DNA from: an uncultured Bacilli bacterium
Lineage (GTDB): Bacteria > Bacillota_I > Bacilli_A > RF39 > UBA660
Length of the DNA: 64,000 nt
Reading direction: 5' to 3'
Assembly: GCA_934120015.1 (NCBI GenBank)
Contig: CAKOTD010000001.1
Location: forward strand, 836 to 64,835
This document shows positions 37,841 through 46,565 of the stretch, in pieces; position 1 is the first letter of the stretch, and every line of letters starts with the position of its first letter. The notes beneath the pieces were generated by a model, which made no database searches, was not told where the DNA came from, and saw nothing but the letters and a program-made list of their open reading frames with translations. The position numbers and the translations under genes are program-made.

Positions 37841-38218
37841 TTAATTGAAAGCAATTTCAGTATCTATTTCATCATCCACAATAACAATACAAAGAAAAAT
37901 AATTCCACTTATTAAAACTAGGAGTGAGCCTATAAAAGAAGCATAATGTAGTACTTTTTTCTTTTGTGAATCATTATCATCCAAATCTTTTAAATCTTTA
38001 TAACTATCAAAAGTAAAATATGCATATATAATCACTAAAATAGAAAAAATTAATATCATAAGATTTTGGTATTCTTTTTTTGATTTTTCATCGTTATACA
38101 AAATAAATTTCTTTTCTTTACTATTTGCATACCAACTTAGTATTATTATACCAATGTATATAATCCAAACAAAATTTTCTATTCTAATATCCTCAAGTCT
38201 ATCTAGTTTATCATTCAT
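37841..38218 (-). CDS. Small integral membrane protein with 3 predicted TM helices
   Basis: Hydrophobic segments FVWIIYIGIIILSWY, LMILIFSILVIIYAYF and FIGSLLVLISGIIFLCIVIV. Confidence 0.55.
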   Translation of the reverse strand: MNDKLDRLEDIRIENFVWIIYIGIIILSWYANSKEKKFILYNDEKSKKEYQNLMILIFSILVIIYAYFTFDSYKDLKDLDDNDSQKKKVLHYASFIGSLLVLISGIIFLCIVIVDDEIDTEIAFN

Positions 38219-38311
38219 ACTATAATTTTATTATATAATTTATATTTTAGAAGATTTATATTTTTTTATTATAAATAACATATAACCAAAAATTATAAAT
38301 CATATTTATTA

Positions 38312-39514
38312 TTAAATTTTTCTAATTAATCTTTTACCTTCTATGAATTTACAATCTGCTGAACATTTAAAATCTGGAAATGTACATCTTGCTCCGTGGG
38401 AGTATTTTTCTATATTCTCAGCTAGATAACTATTTGATTCTTCCAAAGATTTTTTATACTTTAGTAAAGTTTTCCTAGTTTGAAGCATAATTTCAAGTTG
38501 AGCTCCAGTACATAATCTTTCTTTACACTTTAAAATAAAGTCTTCATATTTACCTGATTCACTAATTCTAACAAGTTCTCCTTGAGGATTAACCATACTT
38601 ACCATTTGCATGTCACCAAGCCACTCATCAACTAACATTTGATCATCAGCAATAATTGGTGGTATAAAATACTCTTTTTCATCTAACATTTCCATTTGAT
38701 AATCAAGGGTTCTATGCCTATGGGCTTGGGCAAGCTGGGCAAATGATCCTTTATATATACAAGAATAAACATCACCAAAATAGTCTTCTTTTTTATCCAA
38801 ACCCTTGCCGAATATAGATAAATTTCTATATTTCTCATTTTTTAATAATCCTTCTTCAAAAACATTTAAAGCATCAAGACATTCTAATAACTCCCTCATA
38901 GAAGATGACAACTTCTTTTCAAAAATACTACTCATATCAGCATTTTCAATATAATTTTGCATCCATGAAGCAATATAATTAATCTGCCTTAAAGTAGTTG
39001 AATAAATCATCTGAGTTGGCATAAATACTGTTACTAAATATCTTGCATTTTCTTGTGCCAATTTCTGTATTTTAGATTCGTTATAAATACTTCCATATTC
39101 TAATCTTATTTTTGTTTCAAATATCTTAATCCATTTATTATAAAGCTTCTCTTCTTCTTCTGTTATAACAGAATTTTCTTTTCTTACAACTTTAGTATAT
39201 CGTGCTGATTTCTCACTTGTTGTATATTGCTTTTCATTATTAAGTACCATGGCTAATATTTTAGGTACATTTTGTAGATTAAAATTAATAAAAATATGAT
39301 CATAAACACTATGATGTCCATTATCAAGTGTAATTTTAACTCTACGCATTGTTTTATCTAATGGTTCATTTAAAAGGTGCTCAAATCCTTCGGAGTCATA
39401 ACACACACCAGCAATTTTTCCGGCTAACTTAATTGCCGAATCTTTATCAAAAGTTCCATCTTTTTTTAAAAATTGGTTTGGTAAAATACTTACCTTCATA
39501 TTATATTGTTCCAT
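38312..39514 (-). CDS. thyX: ThyX-like (flavin-dependent thymidylate synthase-like) protein, long 400-aa two-lobed form
   Basis: GHHSVYDH followed by NEKQYTTSEKSARY, which aligns to the ThyX signature RHRxxSxxxxSxRY with the RHR lost. A separate AHRHRTLDY lies about 160 aa later. The gene is next to dCMP deaminase. Confidence 0.5.
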   Translation of the reverse strand: MEQYNMKVSILPNQFLKKDGTFDKDSAIKLAGKIAGVCYDSEGFEHLLNEPLDKTMRRVKITLDNGHHSVYDHIFINFNLQNVPKILAMVLNNEKQYTTSEKSARYTKVVRKENSVITEEEEKLYNKWIKIFETKIRLEYGSIYNESKIQKLAQENARYLVTVFMPTQMIYSTTLRQINYIASWMQNYIENADMSSIFEKKLSSSMRELLECLDALNVFEEGLLKNEKYRNLSIFGKGLDKKEDYFGDVYSCIYKGSFAQLAQAHRHRTLDYQMEMLDEKEYFIPPIIADDQMLVDEWLGDMQMVSMVNPQGELVRISESGKYEDFILKCKERLCTGAQLEIMLQTRKTLLKYKKSLEESNSYLAENIEKYSHGARCTFPDFKCSADCKFIEGKRLIRKI

Positions 39515-39658
39515 CTTTACCTCCTATTTTGTCCCCTTTTAAACTCTTGTTCTATACCTACCACACTACTTAAATAATTTATGATGCTAAAAAGTCCTAT
39601 AAGTCTTGTTAAAGACATTAAAAACTATTATACATTATTTATTTTATATATAGTTTTA

Positions 39659-41443
39659 TCATTTTTGCTCAGTGATATTTTCATTTGAAATAACACTTTC
39701 TTCAATTTTTTTATGTGAACTAGAATAATTATTAGTTTGTAAATCTATATAATATTCATTATCTTTCATAAGTTCATCATGAGATCCTTGGCCTACAATT
39801 TTTCCTTTATTTAATACAATAATTTTGTCGGCAATTTTCATGACATCTTTTTTATGTGTTATTATTATAATTGTATGATCTAATTTTAAATTTTCAAAAA
39901 TACTTTTTATTTTTTCAACTAGCAATGTATCTAATGAACTAGTTACCTCATCAAATATTAAAACTTCTGCTTTTGATAATAACGTTCTAGCAATTGCTAA
40001 TAATTGTTTTTGTCCACCTGAAAAATTAGTAGCATTTTCAGTTAATATAGTATTATATCCCTTTGGCAAACTCATAATATAATCATGAATTCCAACTCTT
40101 TTACAAGCCTCAATTTGATTTTCAACATTTGAATCAATTAAACTTAAATTTTTTCTTATACTCATATTAAATATAAATGGTGATTGATTAACACCAACTA
40201 CATTTGTAGAATATACCCTACTTGAATAATCATATATATTTTCATTATCAATTAAAATTTTACCATCATCAACTTTATATTTTCTTAGGATTAAATTTGT
40301 TATTGTCGTTTTTCCACTACCACTATGTCCTACTAAGGCTGTAATTTTATTAGGTTCTGCAGTAAAATTTATGTTTTCTATATTTCCTTTGTTTCGTGAT
40401 TTATAAGAAAAACTAACATCTTTAAATTCTACTAATCCACTTATATAATCATTTTCATTTAACCCAAATGTAATTTGCTGTTTACTAGAATAATTTAGAA
40501 TATTATTAATTCTTGATATTGATATTGACCATTCTCTAAGCTGCCTAGAATATCCCATTAATTCTTTAGTATTAGTAATAATATTTTCAAAATAAGTAAT
40601 TAATAAGACCAACATATTGACTTCATATTTTCCATTCAATACAAAATAAACTAATATCAAGTATAAAACTATTTTCCCAAAATGTATAATAAATGGTAAT
40701 AAACTTGCCCTAATATTTACATATTTTCTTTTCAGCATATATTGATCAGACCATTTATTTGCAATTACATAAAATTTATTTTTAATCTTATCATAGATAT
40801 TGAAAATTTTTATTTCTTCAAGCCCATTTAATATTTGAGATAAATTATCAGTTAGTTTATCTCTATATTTTTGTTGTCCCCTTAAATACTTTGTACTTTT
40901 AATATTACAATAATCAAATGATTTCAAATATATAATTTCTAATAATAATACCAATATTCCAATAAATAAATTACTTTTTAAAAATATAATAAGCATAATA
41001 ATAACCTTTACAAAAACCACGATAATTTCACAAACATTATCTATCATCTCTGATAAATTTGAAGTGTCTGTATTTATAGTATTCAAAATTGTACCTTTAG
41101 ATATATTATTAGAAAATTCAACATCATAGGTAAAAACCTTATCAATAATTTTTTCTCTTAAATTTTTATAACTATATTTGAAATTATGAGAATATGAAAC
41201 ATAATTTAAATACCAAAATAGATTATAAGCAATATAAGTGATTGCTAATAACAAAATATTAAAGTATGTTGCATTAGCATTTCTATTCGTTACTTCATAA
41301 ATAATATTTGAAGCAAACACAGGTATTAGTAGACTTAATAAGTGTGCCATTATAGAACCAAGAAACAAAAGAAATATCCATTTTTTGCTTCCTTTAGCTA
41401 ATTTAAAAAAATCTCTTATTATTTTTATATTATCTCTTATCAA
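39659..41443 (-). CDS. ABC exporter, fused permease and ATPase
   Basis: Six TM helices followed by Walker A GHSGSGKTT, signature FSGGQKQ and Walker B VLIFDEVTSSLD. The probable start is the TTG at 41443, which follows a GGTGA RBS. The track ORF extends to 41491 into the Fic fragment. Confidence 0.88.
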   Translation of the reverse strand: MIRDNIKIIRDFFKLAKGSKKWIFLLFLGSIMAHLLSLLIPVFASNIIYEVTNRNANATYFNILLLAITYIAYNLFWYLNYVSYSHNFKYSYKNLREKIIDKVFTYDVEFSNNISKGTILNTINTDTSNLSEMIDNVCEIIVVFVKVIIMLIIFLKSNLFIGILVLLLEIIYLKSFDYCNIKSTKYLRGQQKYRDKLTDNLSQILNGLEEIKIFNIYDKIKNKFYVIANKWSDQYMLKRKYVNIRASLLPFIIHFGKIVLYLILVYFVLNGKYEVNMLVLLITYFENIITNTKELMGYSRQLREWSISISRINNILNYSSKQQITFGLNENDYISGLVEFKDVSFSYKSRNKGNIENINFTAEPNKITALVGHSGSGKTTITNLILRKYKVDDGKILIDNENIYDYSSRVYSTNVVGVNQSPFIFNMSIRKNLSLIDSNVENQIEACKRVGIHDYIMSLPKGYNTILTENATNFSGGQKQLLAIARTLLSKAEVLIFDEVTSSLDTLLVEKIKSIFENLKLDHTIIIITHKKDVMKIADKIIVLNKGKIVGQGSHDELMKDNEYYIDLQTNNYSSSHKKIEESVISNENITEQK

Positions 41444-41463
41444 AGTTATCACCACTAGTTCAA

Positions 41464-41787
41464 TTATATCAAAATTGTTAAATACATACAATATTTAGAA
41501 TATTCAATAACTTTTTTTAAATTTTGTATTTCTAAATTATCATCTGTTTTAGGCATATATTTTAAATAGTACATGTGGTCTTGAGATATTTGTGTTCCTT
41601 CAATTTGTGTTGACTTTAAACTTTCACTTAAAATAATAGAGTCTAAAAAAATTTTTGAGTCGAACTGAATATTTTTTAGATTTGATTTGTATTCTCCGTA
41701 TTTTAAATTAGCTTCTGAAATTAAACTTATTAATTCTTTGTCAATTGTGTATTGAATTGGTAATTCTTCTACTTCAAATGGTTTCAT
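41464..41787 (-). pseudogene. Fic-family N-terminal fragment; the catalytic Fic domain is missing
   Basis: SESLKSTQIEGTQIS is the Fic_N SxxIEGxxx motif. The ORF ends after 107 aa without the HPFx(D/E)GNGR motif. Confidence 0.6.
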
Positions 41788-41924
41788 ATTATTTTACCTC
41801 GATAAAATTTTATCATAGTCCATGGTAAAAGCAAATAAAAATGCACAACACAATATATTAAAAATATTGTGCATTTTTGCATTTTTTAGACAATTTTTGC
41901 ACAATCATAGTGCATTTTAATTAT

Positions 41925-41945
41925 AAACTCGAACTTTTCGAGTTT
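41925..41945 (-). terminator. 9-bp hairpin AAACTCGAA(ctt)TTCGAGTTT 10 nt after the tRNA-Thr(GGT) 3' end
   Basis: Read directly. There is no strong T-run, so it is a weak terminator or a processing hairpin. Confidence 0.35.
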
Positions 41946-41955
41946 CCTATCAATC

Positions 41956-42029
41956 TGGTGCTGAATGACTGAATTGAACAGTCCTCTGATGCTTACCATG
42001 CATCTGTTTTACCACTAAACTAAATCAGC
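41956..42029 (-). tRNA. tRNA-Thr (anticodon GGT), CCA encoded
   Basis: Folded by hand. D stem GTTT/AAAC, anticodon stem GATGC/GCATC with loop aTGGTaa, T stem GACTG/CAGTC with loop TTCAATT. The acceptor stem has one T:T mismatch at 6:67. Confidence 0.85.
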
Positions 42030-42045
42030 AAATAACTATATACCT

Positions 42046-42074
42046 ATATTAGCATATATAAATAATAATTTCAA
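42046..42074 (-). promoter_or_regulatory. Promoter of tRNA-Thr(GGT)
   Basis: The minus strand reads TTGAAA, a 17-nt spacer ending in TGc, then TAATAT (an extended -10). Confidence 0.55.
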
Positions 42075-42215
42075 TCAAGAAATACTTTTAATTTTTATTA
42101 ACTTTTAGTATAATATTAATTGATAGATATATAATTAAAAAGGAAACCGTAATCCTACGAGTTTCCGCGTATTAAATTAATAATACATTTTATTATATGT
42201 AATAGGGGGAATTTT

Positions 42216-42746
42216 ATGAAACTTTTAATAAAAAATATACCTAACATTTTAACATCAATTAGAATATTACTAACACCTTTTATTTTATATTTTACAATTA
42301 AACAAGACATTAAAACAGCTGTTATACTTATTATAATTGCTTCCATCACTGATTTTTTTGATGGTTTGATAGCTAGAAATTTTAATTTAATTTCAAAATT
42401 TGGTGCAACACTTGATACAATATCTGATAAATTGTTTGCTGGATGTCTTATAATTGCATTAATATTTAAAAATAGTTTATTTCTTTTATCACTTATAGGT
42501 GAAATAATTATTAGTATTATCAATGTTTATGCTTTTGCTTTTAAAAAAAATCCAGCTACTAAATATATAGGAAAAATTAAAACAACATTACTATTTATTA
42601 CAATTAGTTTAGGATATATATCAATTATAAATAAAGATTTTATTATTTATACTAATATTTTAATTATTATTAGTTTCATCCTTCAATTATTTTCTATACT
42701 TACATATTTTAATCACACAATTAACTATAAAAAAGTAACACCTTAA
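42216..42746 (+). CDS. pgsA: CDP-diacylglycerol--glycerol-3-phosphate 3-phosphatidyltransferase (CDP-alcohol phosphatidyltransferase family)
   Basis: Exact family motif DG(x)2AR(x)8G(x)3D(x)3D, read as DFFDGLIARNFNLISKFGATLDTISD. Confidence 0.88.
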   Translation: MKLLIKNIPNILTSIRILLTPFILYFTIKQDIKTAVILIIIASITDFFDGLIARNFNLISKFGATLDTISDKLFAGCLIIALIFKNSLFLLSLIGEIIISIINVYAFAFKKNPATKYIGKIKTTLLFITISLGYISIINKDFIIYTNILIIISFILQLFSILTYFNHTINYKKVTP

Positions 42747-42769
42747 TTTTGCTAAGGTGTTATTTTATT
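42736..42769. terminator. Bidirectional terminator between convergent pgsA and the HAD gene
   Basis: 10-bp stem TAACACCTTA(attttgc)TAAGGTGTTA followed by TTTTATT. Confidence 0.7.
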
Positions 42770-43413
42770 ATATCAATTAATTTAGATACAGACTCAATGA
42801 ACTTACCATTATATTTTTTACTAATCATATATCCATCATAATACTCAATCATCTGAACATCATTAATATCATTACCTATTGTATATATTTGATAGCCTTT
42901 TAAATATTTTTCTAAATATTTAATTGCACTTAGTTTAGTAATTTTCTTATAAGATATATTTAACCAATTTTCACTTAAATATGAATTAATGCTTTCAAAG
43001 TGAGAATTAAGCTCCTCACTAATTTTCTTTTCTAAGTTTCTATCTTCACATTTCAAAAGTATTCTACTAACTAATTTTTGATCATTGCAAATAGATACAT
43101 TATTATCATATTTTAATTCCTTAATATTATAAATCTCTAAAAATTTGAGCACATCTACTTTTAAATTACGAGGCATATAACTAGAATATATACAATCATT
43201 GTTATTATTATATATGCATGCACCATCACTACAAATTAAAAAGTCAAATGGTATATTATAAGATTTCATCATTTTCAAAATACTTTCATATGTTCTACCA
43301 GTTGCTACTACAAAAATATTATTTTCTTTACAGAACTCCCTAATCTTTTCTATATTTTTTTCAAAATTACTATCATATAGTGTTCCATCAAAATCGGATA
43401 TTAAACATTTCAT
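42760..43413 (-). CDS. HAD-IIB (Cof-type) phosphatase
   Basis: Motif I LISDFDGTL, VATGR, and a C-terminal GNDINDVQM. Confidence 0.8.
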   Translation of the reverse strand: MKCLISDFDGTLYDSNFEKNIEKIREFCKENNIFVVATGRTYESILKMMKSYNIPFDFLICSDGACIYNNNNDCIYSSYMPRNLKVDVLKFLEIYNIKELKYDNNVSICNDQKLVSRILLKCEDRNLEKKISEELNSHFESINSYLSENWLNISYKKITKLSAIKYLEKYLKGYQIYTIGNDINDVQMIEYYDGYMISKKYNGKFIESVSKLIDIIK

Positions 43414-44042
43414 TCAGTTACAATAATTGTTCTATAAAGAGTTATTAATCTATCATTTTCTCTATTTGTTAAATTATAGCTTACTATATAATTACCAGCA
43501 ATTGATGTATCAATGCCTCCATTTTCTATTTCTAATATGTAGGAATTTGCATCATCTGAATTCATAAACTCAAGGCCCTCTTCAATATAACTATCTCCAA
43601 TTTCTATATATTCTAACACATCACCTATCAAATTAACTTTAGGATATGATATGTCATTACTTTTTAATTCTTCATCCAGATTAGAAAAATCAATTGTATA
43701 AATATATTTTTCACCATCTTTACTTATATTAATTTTTGAGGCACAAGGAAATAATTTATCAGTTTTAGGATTTGTAATATCTTTTTCTACATATGAATCT
43801 ATTTTTAATTGACATAATGATAGAGTTAATACTTCACCACTATTTTTAGGTAAATATCTTGGATTATCAGCAACCCAACTTTTTGCTGCATCTATTATGT
43901 TCTTTACCTGAGAATCATATAAATCATTTTTTGCATCTTTAATTGTTTTTTCAATTGTAGGAAAAATCAGTAAGCCAACTAAACCTAAAACAACTAAAAC
44001 TGCAAGTAACTCTGTAAGAGTAAATCCTCTATTTTTCTTCAC
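43410..44042 (-). CDS. Type IV pilin-like protein with a C-terminal Ig-like (DUF5011-type) domain
   Basis: Prepilin motif KKNRG/FTLTELLAVLVVLGLV (Gly-Phe cleavage site, Glu at +5). The C-terminus NLIGDVLEYIEIGDSYIEEGLEF...IDTSIAGNYIVSYNLTN...RTIIV fits the DUF5011 pattern. The start is set to the GTG at 44042 after an AGGGTGG RBS, because the track extension lacks an RBS. Confidence 0.75.
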   Translation of the reverse strand: MKKNRGFTLTELLAVLVVLGLVGLLIFPTIEKTIKDAKNDLYDSQVKNIIDAAKSWVADNPRYLPKNSGEVLTLSLCQLKIDSYVEKDITNPKTDKLFPCASKINISKDGEKYIYTIDFSNLDEELKSNDISYPKVNLIGDVLEYIEIGDSYIEEGLEFMNSDDANSYILEIENGGIDTSIAGNYIVSYNLTNRENDRLITLYRTIIVTE

Positions 44043-44090
44043 ATATACCACCCTACAATAAGTATACAGCAAAAATGATTTTAAGTAAAT

Positions 44091-44114
44091 AAAAAAGAGC
44101 ATTTGCTCTTTTTT
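44091..44114. terminator. Hairpin AAAAAGAGC(attt)GCTCTTTTT after the 51-aa ORF
   Basis: Read directly. A T-run follows on both strands. Confidence 0.5.
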
Positions 44115-44115
44115 A

Positions 44116-44271
44116 CTATTTCATCATATTTTCTAATTTTTTATCAGCCTTGTCCAAAGCTTTATTCATAGTTTTAGACATTTTCTTCATTACCGGCTTA
44201 CTATATTTTTGATAAGCTAAAACAGCTCCTGCACCAGCCATCATTAGTGCAATATTCTTAGTCATCTTCAT
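44116..44271 (-). CDS. Unlisted 51-aa ORF (small Lys/Met-rich protein with one hydrophobic segment)
   Basis: My own translation gives MKMTKNIALMMAGAGAVLAYQKYSKPVMKKMSKTMNKALDKADKKLENMMK*. A GAGGTG RBS lies 8 nt upstream and a terminator hairpin lies directly downstream. Confidence 0.5.
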   Translation of the reverse strand: MKMTKNIALMMAGAGAVLAYQKYSKPVMKKMSKTMNKALDKADKKLENMMK

Positions 44272-44341
44272 TATATATCACCTCATAGCAAATATGATAA
44301 ATTCGTATGCATAATATGCATACATTCATAATATTTACAAA

Positions 44342-46546
44342 TTAGTCAAAAATATGCATAATTTTTTCTTTTAAATTACTTTTTCTCATATATTCATAAT
44401 TATTTTGTATACCCTTAAGGTATGCACCAGGTTCACCTATAATAATCAATTTCTTTTTAGCTCTAGTTATACCAGTATATAACAACTTCTTATATAACAT
44501 TCTATTATAAGACATACAAATAGGAATTATAACAATATCAAATTCACTGCCTTGAGATTTATGAATACTAATAACATATCCATGTTTAATTTTAACTAAA
44601 TCCTTTGGTAAATATTTTACTATATTTCCTTCAAAATCAATATATATTTCTGTTTTCTTACTTTCACTTATATTGGCTAAAACAATTTTATCAATAACTC
44701 CTATATCTCCATTAAATACATTATCATCAGGTGAATTTACTAGTTGTAATACTTTATCACCTTCTCTATAAATGACATCTCCATAAGCATATTCATTTTT
44801 ATTATCACTTTTCGGATTAAATACAACTTGTAATTCCTTGTTGAGGGAATCTATCCCATTTAATCCTAAATAGGTTGGAGCCATTATTTGTACTTTAAAT
44901 CCATATCCTTTTTCAATTATTTGATTACAAAGATTACAAAGGTTTTTCTTTATACCATCTTGATTGCATTTTAAAAACGTATAATCATCATGTGTTTCTA
45001 AAAAATTATGTTCAATATTATTTCTTATATTATAGGCTAAAGTAGGTATAAATGAATTACTATTTTGCCTATATAATACATCAAGTTCAATAGTTTCAAG
45101 AATCTTACTTTCAATAAAATCCTTAAGTATTTGTCCTGGACCTACACTAGGTAACTGATTATAATCACCAACAAAAATAATTTGAATATTATCGAGAAGT
45201 CCCTTAAACAAGTTAGAAAGTAAATTAATATCTATCATACTAGTTTCATCAACAATAACTAATTTCACAGAACTTTTATTATATTCATTTATTGCAAACT
45301 GATTACCATCTTTATTCCATTTTAAAAAACGATGGATAGTATAACTACTTATTTGAGTTGCATCCATAAGTCTTTTACTAGCTCTACCTGTCGGTGATAG
45401 TAAGGCAATATAATCTTGATATTCATCTGGTTTTAACTTATTTAGTCTTATATAACATTCTGTGATTGCTTTTACTATAGTAGTTTTTCCAGTTCCTGGT
45501 CCACCAGTTATAATTGTTATTCTGTTTTCAAGCGCTTTTTTTATTGCTATTTTTTGTTTATCATTATATGTAATATTATTATCACATTCAATTTCCTCTA
45601 TTATTTTGTCAATATTTTTGTTTTTTATAATATCTTTGGACAAGATTCTTTTAATTTTATTTAAAATAACTAATTCTGCTTTATAAATATCAATTGTATA
45701 GTAGTTATCATTTTCAATATAAATTTTTCCTTCAAACTTAAGTTCATTTAAATAATCATTAAATAATTCATCATCTATTTCATAACCCAAATAGTCTAGA
45801 GTGGCACTTTTTATTTCATCATATATTAAATAAGTATCTCCATTTTTAAATAACAAGTTTTTCATAATATAAATAATACATGCTTTTACTCTATTAATTT
45901 CATCATAATTTTTTTCTTTTAGGGTTATTTCATCTACTTTTAAAAAGCTTATTTCATCAGTTTTTTCTAAAATATCATATATATTATGTTCAATCATCAT
46001 AATTGTTTCATTTTTGTAGATATTATAAATAATTAATGCATCACGCATAGTAAATCCTAAGGTAGTTAAATAAACTATAGTTTTATGGCTCTCTTCATAT
46101 TTTACTAAAGTTTCGTATATTACATTTGCTTTTTTTATGGAAAGTTTAGGAATTAATGATAAACAATTTTTATCTTCAATTATTTTATTTAATGCATCTT
46201 CACCTAATATATTAACAATTGAAGTTGCTAATTTCTCACCTATACCATTAAATAAATCACTACAAAGAAATTCTTTTACACCATCTATACCTTCTGGTTT
46301 CATTTTCTCATAATTTTCTACCTTATACTGAATCCCATATTTAGGGTGATTAACAATTTCTCCATACATTATATAAATTTCATTTTCTCTTAATTCATCA
46401 AAAAAACCTGTAAAAGTCATAATTTTACCAACATTTTCATCTAATTCATCATCATTTGTTTCTTTTATTAGAATATTACCTATTGTATAGCCATTATCAC
46501 TAATATAAATTGCTTTTTGAAAAATTCCTTTAATATATGTCTGCAT
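44342..46546 (-). CDS. recD2: RecD2-type SF1 5'-3' DNA helicase
   Basis: Walker A ITGGPGTGKTT, LVIVDETSM, VGDYNQLPSVGPG and ISIHKSQGSEF..TGITRAKKKL. The start was moved to the ATG at 46546, 8 nt after an AGGTGG RBS. Confidence 0.88.
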   Translation of the reverse strand: MQTYIKGIFQKAIYISDNGYTIGNILIKETNDDELDENVGKIMTFTGFFDELRENEIYIMYGEIVNHPKYGIQYKVENYEKMKPEGIDGVKEFLCSDLFNGIGEKLATSIVNILGEDALNKIIEDKNCLSLIPKLSIKKANVIYETLVKYEESHKTIVYLTTLGFTMRDALIIYNIYKNETIMMIEHNIYDILEKTDEISFLKVDEITLKEKNYDEINRVKACIIYIMKNLLFKNGDTYLIYDEIKSATLDYLGYEIDDELFNDYLNELKFEGKIYIENDNYYTIDIYKAELVILNKIKRILSKDIIKNKNIDKIIEEIECDNNITYNDKQKIAIKKALENRITIITGGPGTGKTTIVKAITECYIRLNKLKPDEYQDYIALLSPTGRASKRLMDATQISSYTIHRFLKWNKDGNQFAINEYNKSSVKLVIVDETSMIDINLLSNLFKGLLDNIQIIFVGDYNQLPSVGPGQILKDFIESKILETIELDVLYRQNSNSFIPTLAYNIRNNIEHNFLETHDDYTFLKCNQDGIKKNLCNLCNQIIEKGYGFKVQIMAPTYLGLNGIDSLNKELQVVFNPKSDNKNEYAYGDVIYREGDKVLQLVNSPDDNVFNGDIGVIDKIVLANISESKKTEIYIDFEGNIVKYLPKDLVKIKHGYVISIHKSQGSEFDIVIIPICMSYNRMLYKKLLYTGITRAKKKLIIIGEPGAYLKGIQNNYEYMRKSNLKEKIMHIFD

Positions 46547-46565
46547 TCCATCACCCACCTTTAAT

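Noticed and set aside
39515-39658. 144-nt leader upstream of the ThyX-like gene, as a possible folate/THF or other riboswitch
   Set aside because: I could not find conserved THF, ZTP or preQ1-type core sequences or a terminator/antiterminator pair by eye. A covariance-model scan would be needed to support this.
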